DNA of 64,000 bases from Mytilus californianus (Eukaryota): NCBI RefSeq assembly GCF_021869535.1, contig NW_026262707.1, positions 124,001-188,000 on the forward strand, read 5' to 3'. Each line of letters starts with the position of its first letter. Position 1 is the first letter of the stretch. The position numbers and the translations under genes are program-made. The notes beneath the pieces are model-generated. The model was given only the letters and a program-made list of their open reading frames with translations. It ran no database searches and was not told the origin of the DNA. Positions 54,901 through 64,000 of the stretch are shown piece by piece.

Positions 54901-55762
54901 TAGAAGTAAGGATAATCGCTTTCTGTAAAGGAATTTATCTGTGTATAAACTATAGATCACATTGCACATAAATTTTATTAAATTCCTTCATCAATTTATT
55001 GGTTTGCGGTTTTCACGATGAACTTTAAAACCTGCAGGCCCTGATCTCAAATTTAGGAATTTTTTGTTAGATTCTGTTGGCCTGCAGACACGATTTTTAC
55101 AAGCCCGAAAGCAGTTTTACAAGCCTGAGCTGCTGGGCCTGTAGCTTAGCGTGATACTGGGCCACTTTGTCAGTGAATTGATCCAGTTTATACACCAATT
55201 ATTTTTAATTTTAAGAATTTTTATTTTACCACACCTTATTAATTGATGGAGAGGCAGAAAACTCTTCCTGAATTGTGTCCACCAGATTTGTACAAGTAGA
55301 CTTAAGATTTTCTGCCTTATTTTCAACTTTGCTACATGTGTGTAATGACGAAAACACATTGTATTTAGTGGTGCAGATTGGGCATTCTTCAAGCGTATGC
55401 TGATGTTTTTCAATTTCTTTCATTTGCATCCAGTTGACCAAACTAAACTGGGATACAAATTTTTCCTTTTCTCCAGTTTTGTTTTTGTTGACATAGTATT
55501 TATTCTGGTATATATAATCTTGTAGCTTTGGCAGTTTTAGACGAAAATAATTGTAGCTGCTGATGAGCATTTTTGGATATTTTCCCATGAAAATGCTGTA
55601 ATTTTCATAACGCTGTTGAATCGACAAATGATTATTATACTGGGGCTTAAGAATTTTATCAGGCTCTGGAATTTGTTGTTCTGACTGGTTATAACAGTCA
55701 ATTGCAGTCTTGTCCTTTGTTGACCTTGCAATAATTACTTTGGCAAAATTGCAATAGTTCAT
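36922..55762 (-). CDS. Predicted 13-exon DDE transposase, ~1373 aa
   Basis: Hand-assembled GT-AG exons: 55762-55235, 51345-50823, 50376-49714, 48449-46929, 46255-46184, 45513-45448, 44451-44386, 44244-44188, 43920-43855, 42524-42468, 41913-41830, 40680-40561, 37220-36922. Total 4122 nt, phases consistent, no internal stop. Motifs VWHDHS, FSGDNPAR, YSCLC, EPLHD, NHFHSIVTH, EDEERSFGLLRR. Extra 5' exons are possible. Confidence 0.82.
38146..39292 (+). mobile_element. HINE/pearl-like non-autonomous element (Helentron-associated type)
   Basis: Starts in a T run, (GGC)n microsatellite near the 5' end, central TGACCTTGACCTCATTTTCATGG repeats, 3' AAGGCGAGACATTTCAGCGTGTGCACTCTTGTT. A shorter copy is at 49055-49670. 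Confidence 0.72.
39660..39990 (+). mobile_element. HINE-like element fragment (AGTCCCCTACC...GGGGACT head, GTCC/GTCT microsatellite)
   Basis: Related copy at ~61380-61820; similar architecture at ~42806-43370. Confidence 0.55.
42705..42778 (+). ncRNA. tRNA-like cloverleaf with non-canonical 8-nt anticodon loop
   Basis: Acceptor TACTAGG/CCTAGTA (7/7), D stem GCTC/GAGC, anticodon stem CCTCA/TGAGG, loop ACCCAGTT, T stem CCAGG/CCTGG with TTCAAAT loop. A-box-like TAGCTCATTTGG and B box GGTTCAAATCC; T run ~30 nt downstream. Confidence 0.68.
44660..45071 (-). mobile_element. Non-autonomous Helitron in a transposase intron
   Basis: A|TCTATACTATTAAACGAG...GATTTCGCGGGTGTGTTCTAG|T; same family as 26650-27361. 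Confidence 0.85.
48755..49035. repeat. ~53-bp tandem repeat, about 5 copies
   Basis: Unit ATTGGTAATCATACCCCATTTTATTTTCATGGAATAGGACAAAGAAATGTATT. Confidence 0.88.
49055..49670 (+). mobile_element. HINE/pearl-like element, internally deleted relative of 38146-39292
   Basis: Same 5' (GAGCCTGCGACTTTTGTCGCAGAAAGCTC) and 3' ends. Confidence 0.72.
52422..53241 (+). mobile_element. HINE/pearl-like element
   Basis: TTTTTGTCTCGCC...GGCGAGACA subterminal inverted repeat, (GGC)n, ~155-160-bp central repeats. Confidence 0.72.
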
Positions 55763-57389
55763 TGTATTTGATTTTTTTTTGCAAGTTATATCATTGCATA
55801 TTCTTGTTTGTATTATTGTTCATAATATATATGTCAGATTTTGAGATGCAAAATAAAATTCAAGATGAAAAATGTTTGTGTTATGACTCAGATGACTTCC
55901 ATGTTTGGTTTGCTGCTGCTGCTATTCTCTGCTGAATACAGAAAATTTTCTGAAGATTTTTTATGATATCACTTTTGAGAAAAAAGATAGACATGCAACC
56001 AGAAAATTACAACAATGATTAAAAAACAAAATAAAGCAGAAAAAAAAATGGAAAGAAATATATGAGACTAGAGTCTGGATGCTCCACATAAAAAGTTTGA
56101 TTATCAATTGATTAAAACTACTTATTCTCAGGGGAGGATGCATAAATGTGTTTTTTTTGTATTTTTTTTTCAAATACACATAAAATATGTGATGGGTTAA
56201 TGTTAAGACCTGGTCATACTATAGACACCAGTACCCCCCCCCCCCCCCCCCCCCCCCCATTTTCTATCCGGCATGTTTTAAATGTTTCTGTGTATGTTGA
56301 TGAAGTAAACATTTCATTTTAGGAGGTTAAAATAAAATATTAGAGCACAACTTAGTTCTTTATTTGAAAAAAAAGGCTAAAAAATTGGGTCGCTTGTGAT
56401 GGAACTTTGATCCCTGATATGGTCATCTGGAAGGCTTTATAACTCACTATCTGCAACTGAAAAAAAAACATAATATTTACTGAAATGTTATTCTGCAGCT
56501 GTAATATATATCAGCAACATCATGCATTTAAAGGTAAGTTTTTTTTTCACACAAAAAATCAATTTAAGAAAAAAAAATCCTCCTAAACAAACGACATTTA
56601 TACAAAAGCTGGAGTTTTATTTCAATAATTTCTGTATGAAATAGCTTTAGAAGTTATTGAAAAACGTATTACTTAATATATGTACAGAGATTGACGCTTA
56701 TTTTATTAAAATATAGGTATATTGTCCTCTCGTCGATTTATTTTCATGTTGAAAAGACCGCCAGAATAATTTACAGAGTTGTGTCCCTTTGACGTCACTT
56801 GAACGTTTGAAAGTAATGACGTACATTAAAAAGTTTGACATTGGTCAACTTCAGAGCGAAAGTTCTAGAATTAATCATCTGTATTTTTCTAATATGATTA
56901 GCGTTTTCAAATCGGAACATTCTCAGGATTATGAAAACTGATATACAATTGGCGTGGCAATATTGGTGAATTAAATAGATAGCGTTGTTTACTTAAAAAG
57001 GTTGATCGTGACGATTTTTCGCTTGTTTATTTTAATTTTTTATTATCTCTTACAAGTATTCACCAGTGTATAGCATTTTTCTTATTCCACGTACTTTTAC
57101 CGTTAAAATGAGACCGAAAGGAAATATTTACGATAAGTGAACGCACTAGAACTTTACGGAAAACTATAATTTTATATATAAATACTACAGTAGTCAGGTG
57201 ATCGTCACGTGACTTTTTTCCCAGGGTAAATCATAACAAAATGAAACATAATTTATTGTTTTATCATAGAATACCACTGATTAGACGTTTCCCGTTCATA
57301 CAGCAATTATGTACCGCTTTGGTGGTCTTATTGTTTATTATGCCCAAATAGCTAAAAACAGTACTGAATGGCCTTAACCATCCCGCGTA

Positions 57390-59326
57390 AAGTGGCTCCA
57401 AAGCACGGCCATACCATACCTCGTTTGGAATTGTGCGCTGCAGTTCTGGCAGTCGAACTGTATGAAACTATTTGCGAAGAACTGAAAACAGAATTTCAAC
57501 AAGTGCAATTTTTCACCGACAGCAAGGTTGTATTAGGATACATAAACAACGAAACAAAGCGATTTTATCTGTATGTTGGAAATCGTGTGGACAGAATCAG
57601 GAGATCGACAAAACCAGAACAATGGTCATACGTACCTACCTTACAAAATCCAGCCGATGATGCTTCTCGTTCTATACGACCAGAAAAGCTTAATCAAAGT
57701 CAGTGGCTTGTAGGTCCTACTCAGTTTCTTTGTAAGAAAAACACCATAAATAGCAAAATTGAAGAAGACGAGTTCCCTCTTATTTTACCAGAAGAAGATA
57801 GAGAGGTCCGCGTGGCAAAAACACTTGTAACTAAACCTGCAATTGGCTCTCAAAGATTTGAACGTTTTTCTCAGTGGAAAACTCTTTTTTCAGCTATACA
57901 AACTCTCAGATGTTTTATTGTAAAGCAAACTAATAGACAAGAGTCTAGTAAAACTGATTCGTTTCTAGATGCACAGAATTTAGTTATAGGTATTGTTCAG
58001 AGAGAAGCTTTCAGCATTGAATATAAGGCACTGATGAACAAACAGAAACTTCCTGCAAACAGTAAAATTTTGCAATTAGACCCGTTTATTGACAATAAAG
58101 GTTTACTCCGTGTTGGTGGTCGTTTGAGCAATGCAAACATATTTCCCAATGAAATGAAGCCACTCATCATACCTAAGCATCATATTGCAACATTACTTGT
58201 GAGACATTATCATGAAAAAGTAGCGCATCAAGGACGCCATCTCACTGAAGGAGCTTTGCGATCGGCAGGATATTGGTTGATAGGAGGAAAAGGTCTCATT
58301 TCATCTGTGATTCATAAATGCATAAAATGTCGTAAACTACGTGGAAAAGAAGAATTTCCAAAAATGGCTGACTTGCCATTTGACCGATTAGATCCAGCAC
58401 CTCCATTTTCATATGTTGGAATTGACGTATTTGGTCCTTGGACTATTACTACCCGAAGAACTCGTGGAGGTCAGGCACAAGGTAAACGTTGGGCTGTAAT
58501 GTTCACATGTCTTGTGGTTAGGGCTGTACACATTGAAGTGATTGAGGAAATGTCGTCTGGTTGTTTCATCAATGCATTACGTAGGTTTTGTGCTTTAAGA
58601 GGCGAAGTAAAAATCTTAAGATCTGATTGTGGGACAAACTTTGTTGGGGCACTGAGTGAACTTGATGTCAACGTTATAAATATTGGAGATCGACCAATAA
58701 AAAACTATCTCAGTGACAAGAACATAAATTGGATTTTCAACGCACCTCACTCTTCACACATGGGTGGCAGCTGGGAGCGTATGATTGGGATAGCGAGAAA
58801 TATTCTTAACAGCCTCTTTATGGAAACGAAACAATTAACACATGAAGTATTAACAACGTTTATGGCCGAAGTAACATCTATTATGAACGCAAGACCCCTG
58901 GTACCGATAGATATGGATCCTGACAATTCATTCCTGCTTACTCCTTCAACTTTGCTCACTTTGAAAAGTGAACATACTGTGCGATCTTTTTCAATAGAGG
59001 ACTTTTGCGATAAAGATTTGTTAAAATCTCAATGGAGATGCGTTCAACAACTTGCAAACTCATTCTGGAAACGTTGGAGAACTCAATATTTGCCTACTTT
59101 ACAAATGCGACACAAATGGAAACAAGAGTGCAGAAACTTGACTGAAGGTGACATTGTTCTTATGCGTGATGTTAGCTTGCACCGTAATGACTGGCCTATT
59201 GGTGTTATTGAACAAACATATGCAAGCTCTGATGGTCGCGTCCGTGAAGTTCAAGTGCGTCTCGGGAAGAACAGGAAGTTATTCACTAGACCTGCTAATG
59301 AAGTAGTATTTGTTATGTGTAAATAA
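57390..59326 (+). CDS. BEL-B RNaseH(C)-integrase, 3' part of interrupted polyprotein
   Basis: Resumes KVAPKHGHTIPRLEL. Removing the insertion and one TA restores GGA AAA GCT AAA GTG (GKAKV) and a single 6135-nt ORF (2044 aa). Confidence 0.93.
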
Positions 59327-59440
59327 CTTGTGAACTATATAGAATGAGAACATTTTTGATTGTGTACTTGGACAAACTTTTTTGATTTTTGAAGTATTGT
59401 TAAATTTTTTATTAGTGATATATTCATATCAGACGGGGAG

Positions 59441-60133
59441 TGTAATGCCAAGAATATCATTAGAGTTATCCCTCTTTATACGCAACCTGCATTTTTGATA
59501 ATTGTGGTTAATCCGACTTGTTTTTGTTTTACACATTGTTTTTACATTTCCTGCAGCATGGCTTGATAAATTTTTGAACATAATTACGAAGAACATTATC
59601 ATTCTCCTTGTCCCTTGGTGAATTACGATGTAAGTAATAATGCCATTATGTACTATATATTCTAGTTAAAGCTATTATTATGTTATTTGCGGTATAAGTC
59701 ATGAGAAAGCATATATCCAAACAGCTTACATTCTACGAACGATGGCATTTGTGTAAATAATCATGTGTGAACTTTGTAATATTTTATTTGTATGCGAAAA
59801 CAGTATTATTTGGTATATTTCTAAGTCATATGTAATTTTTATGAAGACAGCAATTTTTGTACAACTCTAGTCAAGTCAGTTCAGTACATTCTCCCCCTTT
59901 TTTGTCAATTGTGTTTTTCATTGATTTGAGTGTTTTCAATCATAGATTTTTTGTATTTTATTACTACAGTTGGTAGTTAACAATGTTAGTTATTAGTTTT
60001 TATTTTTTATATTGTAGCTTTTCACCAAATGTATGTGGCTTCATGATCTGTCAGCTCCTGACGCATTGAATGTTTAATTGAATAAAATGATCTACATATA
60101 TATGGTTTAACTCTCTGCGCCCAAGGCAGAACA
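59441..60133 (+). repeat. BEL-B 3' LTR
   Basis: Same length (693 bp) and apparently same sequence as 27870-28562. Confidence 0.97.
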
Positions 60134-62530
60134 CTGGTGTAATAATTTTTCAGTAAAACACAAATTTCTCTCGCTAAAATCTAAAACGTTGTTACATACA
60201 CAAGATATAAAATACATGAGAACCTAAGTTTTCCATCTATTAATATAAAAATATATTATATAAACGATTGAAATACAATTCCTAAATAATGGGGGGAAAT
60301 AAGGTCAGTTGGATAACTACATGTGGAACAGTGACTATTTTTTGTTTGTTTGTTAATTATAATTATATATATAAGATGTTGAATAGATTTTAAAATGAGT
60401 GACAATTGCATATTGCTGGGTGTTTTGTCTGAATTATTAGCACTATTGACTATTAAGATAACAATTTGCAAACTTAAGTTGGTAAATCTTTCTTTTTATG
60501 ATATAAGAAAAACAAATTAATGGAAAATCATGATAATTTAACATCATCAAAGTTGTCTTTTAATGAGGTCACAATGGCACTGCAGAAAACCAAAAAATGA
60601 TTCTTTATTGACAAATTAGTGTTGTGCAGTGCAATTTTGAAAGCCATACAAAGGCATTTTTTTATTCAATATGAGATAAGCCTCAACATTCTCAAGTGTT
60701 GTTGAATAAACCTGAAGTGTTGTAGGATACAAAACTGTGTTAAAAAAAAATCCGAAATAATCCCAAGTAAAAAATCTTTGCCAAAATAAAAACAAATATG
60801 TCAAAATGCACAGTTGCATAAATGCTTTTAAATCCTAGTATATAGGAAAAAATTAGATACTGAAATTGGAAGAAAATGTCTTCCTTTTACTATAGGTAAG
60901 ACATCATCAAAATCTTTGAGACTAGCATATTGAGCGTCTTTCAGAATGCACTATCTACATTCGGTGTCCATTGCCCTTAAAAGGCTAGCACTGTTTGGTG
61001 TAGGCTCTTGAGACTGATATTCACTTTCAATACTTGAGATGTGCACCTCTGAAATGTTGTCACCATCAAAGCGAGTAGATCTTCCAAGGAATTGTTCATC
61101 GCATCCAGGCATGAGGCAGATGATTAATGACCTCTTGTAACGAAATCCCACAGGCTCAGGACACAGTGGTGCAACTGATGAAAAAATAGCAGATTCTGAA
61201 AGCGAGGATGACCTGGATGTTAATGTTAATTAAAGAATATGAAGAATAGGAGATACATAATCGCATGTTGCCGCATCAATACTGAAAAAGTTATGTAATA
61301 TAACCCATTATTCACAAGGGGAAGACCATTGATGGGTGCACAATCCATCATCTCACAAAGTTATATTTATTATAATTGTATTAGTCCCCTACCGACGAAG
61401 TAAATTCGAAGATGACTTTAGGTTTGCACTCCGTCCGTCTGTCTGTCTGTCCATCCGTCAGTCCGGCAGTTGTTCGCACATTTTTCGTCATGCTTGCCGA
61501 TATTGATTTGATAATTGTATATAGTTTTATCATGACGAGTAACGATTAAAGTTGGAATTTTGATCCGGTCTTGTGATTTAGGTGCAGAGATAGGTCCTTG
61601 GAATTTGAAAATTCACTGAAATAGTCAGTTTTCCGCACTTTTTTCGTCTTGCTTGAAGAAATTGATTGGCTAATTGGTATATAGCTTTATTTTGACAAGT
61701 TACAGATCAAGTTACATTTTTTGTTCTGGTCTGATGATTTTGTTATGGTCCCTGGACTTAGAAAATTCACTTTCTTCGTCATGCTTGAAGATATTGACTT
61801 GATATTTGTTATATAGTTTACGGTCAGACATTTTATGAACATTTTGCAAGAAACAAAATCTACCATATTTGTTATTTTGAAACCCTTGTCAATGGACTAC
61901 AATTTCCTTGAACTACAATGAATGTAGTTTGGCTCGATACAAAACATTTTACAACCACTGCGACATGTAATATTGATCTATTCATTTAGAAACAGGAACA
62001 CGTATTAATATTTCTTTTGTAGGTATATCATCCCAGTTAGCAGTGAAAAGTGCAGGACAATCCTTTTCCAGATTTGTTCTACCCCAGCACCAAGTAAGAC
62101 TCAGGGCGGTAGAAATTACAGGAATGAGAATTGAAAACGGATTTATTATCGAACGGAATTGTGTTACCAGTTGTTCATATCAAAAAATGCCTCGCTGGTT
62201 CTCTTTCTTAAAAAAAACTAAGAAAAGGTTTAGATAGGCCATAGTGTTCAAATCTATTGTACACCTCAATACAGAAATGTAATTTGCTTTACAAATTTAA
62301 GACTACAGTGATAGGTTTTATTAACACATTGTTTTTATTTAAAATGTCCCATCCTGATCGGAACTCACATTCACCGACAGAAAAATTTGATACGATGCTC
62401 ACATGGCTGATGAAGATGTTGATGCACTTAGCACACTTGTAGATAAACATGTCAAATAACACATATTTGTTTCGCAATGTTGACTGTATTTTTATTTAAA
62501 TGTATTTTGTCTTTTTTATGTAGTCACTGA

Positions 62531-62795
62531 TGTCCACTTCGATCGTTTGTTAAATATATCCGCCATCTCAATCCAAAGTGTGATACACTTTTTGAACGGC
62601 CAAAATCAGCAGCTCAAGAGGGAATCTATGACAACACTCCGCTTGGACATAACAAGCTGGGCAACTACATGCATGAAATAAGTAAGGCAGTCAATCTATC
62701 AAGAGAGTATACCAACCATTCTTGTAAGACCACATATTTTAGATGAGGCACAAATTCCCCGTCGACACATTATAAATGTCACTGTGCATAAAAAT
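62531..62795 (+). pseudogene. Crypton-type tyrosine recombinase remnant (absent from ORF track)
   Basis: CPLRSFVKYIRHLNPKCDTLFERPK..YDNTPLGHNKLGNYMHEISKAVNLSREYTNHSCKTT, frameshift, LDEAQIPRRHIINVTVHK. Matches the Crypton/DUF3504 pattern YTNHSxR...TGHK, with R>K and G>V decay. Confidence 0.8.
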
Positions 62796-63328
62796 ATGTG
62801 GCTTCTGAAAGGCATACAGTGGTAAAAATACAAAATTAAACTTTTAAGAGTATTGTCAGAAACATGGATGGAAAGAACACTATGCAACACATCTAAAGTT
62901 TCAAAACCGGACACTTTGTTAAGTATTAAAATTGAGAATGGAAATGGGGAATGTGTCAAAGAGACAACAACCCGACCATAGAGCAGACAACATTGAATAT
63001 TTGTGTCTTTCACAAACAAGTGTGATAGTCGAAACTGAAGCATTGTAAATTGCCTCATTTGGCTCTTTCAATTTACAGCTATTGCAGGACTCCAAAACTC
63101 AAAAAACTAATTATGATATTTCTTGATGATCAAGATAATAGTACGGATGAATTGTTGAAATCTTGACGACTCTGCATTCTGTTTTGAATGTTATAGATGA
63201 TTAAAGTTACCTTCGCTCTCCTAACCTGGGACCATGGGAACATATAACTTGAGTCTGTATCGACCTTTCCGAATTAATTTTCTTGACACTTAATCTGAAA
63301 CAATGATGCATCTTACAAATGATACACA

Positions 63329-63752
63329 TTTGATTTATTGTTGGTTGCTTAACGTCCAGTGGTAAATATTTCATGCATATTCAGGACGAGAACAAATTAA
63401 CAATAAATACAATAGGTAGGTTCTGTAATAGAGGCGTCCGGGATTAAGGTCGGAAAAATTTGGACTGCCACGGGAAATGAGGGTATATCGGATAGGGGCA
63501 GAAATGTAGCCTTGCAACAGGTCACCTACGGACCCCTCGAAGAATTGTTGCAAGGGTTCTTAACGTGCAATAAGCGTGGCACTCTCTTTACATGAGACAT
63601 CGGATTTAACGTTCCCATTCTGACCAGATATGGCTGCAAGTTTATACATCCCGCACAGCCAAACGGACGCCCTACTTTGGCTAGGGTTTTACTGCCAGTC
63701 GGAGGAAGACCAATAGTGACCATACTTCTATTCCCCAGTCACTCTTGGGGAG
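63329..63752 (-). mobile_element. SINE-like retroposon, copy 7
   Basis: Full length; 13-bp TSD CAAATGATACACA (63316-63328 / 63753-63765). Confidence 0.92.
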
Positions 63753-64000
63753 CAAATGATACACAATGGAAGCTGCTACTGTAATAAAAATCAACACTAC
63801 TGTTGAGTCAATAATATTCGTTGGATACCAATTTTCGTGGAATTCGTATGTACAGGTTAACCATGAATTTAAATGTTCAACTATTTATAAATTTTCTATA
63901 TGGTTTATATGCAGAGATTGGCAAAACCACGAAATCAAATATCGACGAAAATGCAATTTTCCGTCAATCCACGAAAACTGATACCCACGAAAATAAATGA

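Larger units (their letters stand above)
32779..57387 (-). mobile_element. 24,609-bp autonomous-looking DNA transposon, CMC/Transib/RAG1-related transposase
   Basis: TA duplicated (32777-78 / 57388-89); TIR CGCGGGACTGTTAAGGC vs CGCGGGATGGTTAAGGC (15/17); encloses a spliced transposase gene. Confidence 0.93.
27870..60133 (+). mobile_element. BEL/Pao LTR retrotransposon BEL-B, complete, carrying a 24.6-kb insertion
   Basis: 5-bp TSD CTGGT (27865-27869 / 60134-60138); two 693-bp LTRs; PPT AGACGGGGAG at 59431-59440. Confidence 0.97.

Noticed and set aside
32779-57387. ProtoRAG/RAGL transposon with RAG2-like gene
   Set aside because: No kelch/PHD-like ORF was found, the termini are not CAC heptamer-like, and the TSD is 2 bp rather than 5 bp.
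57368-57389. MALTIPR start of the 652-aa ORF, and TRDC* end of the 1409-aa ORF
   Set aside because: Both are read-through into the transposon TIRs; they are artefacts of the insertion.
60951-61235. 66-aa minus ORF and an acidic plus-strand fragment (…DEKIADSESEDDLDVNVN*)
   Set aside because: No recognisable motif, internal stops, and no supportable exon chain.
1-64000. Hammerhead retrozymes, CRISPR arrays, rRNA or canonical tRNA genes
   Set aside because: No CTGANGA...GAAA core in a three-stem context was seen by eye; tandem repeats lack unique spacers; the only cloverleaf has a non-canonical anticodon loop.

Overview
AT-rich eukaryotic DNA with spliceosomal introns. It is probably bivalve, most likely mussel (Mytilus-like); this is inferred from repeat families I recall, not from a database search. 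No intact host gene is evident and the window is almost entirely nested transposons. (1) Two distinct BEL/Pao LTR retrotransposons: BEL-A (1-6955, left end cut by the window, decayed ORF) and BEL-B (27870-60133, 693-bp LTRs with no difference seen by eye, CTGGT TSD, a 2044-aa ORF once the insertion is removed). Neither has a tRNA primer-binding site. In both, the bases right after the 5' LTR are complementary to a site 60-110 nt upstream inside the LTR, and the two families differ in sequence while keeping the pairing, which suggests Tf1-like self-priming. (2) A 24,609-bp cut-and-paste transposon (32779-57387, TA TSD, 17-bp CGCGGGA TIRs) interrupts BEL-B. It carries an apparently intact, hand-assembled 13-exon gene for a ~1373-aa DDE transposase with RAG1/Transib/CMC-type motifs, plus nested elements and a fully paired tRNA-like cloverleaf in an intron. 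(3) Seven near-full-length copies of a ~420-bp SINE-like retroposon, most with 12-15-bp TSDs and a (CAAT)n tail. It has no tRNA head; instead a predicted 5' H-type pseudoknot shows compensatory changes. (4) Decayed remnants of KDZ, ISL2EU/Harbinger and Crypton genes, a possible DEDDh exonuclease and a C2H2 zinc-finger exon, plus Kolobok-, Harbinger-, Helitron- and HINE-type non-autonomous elements and minisatellites.
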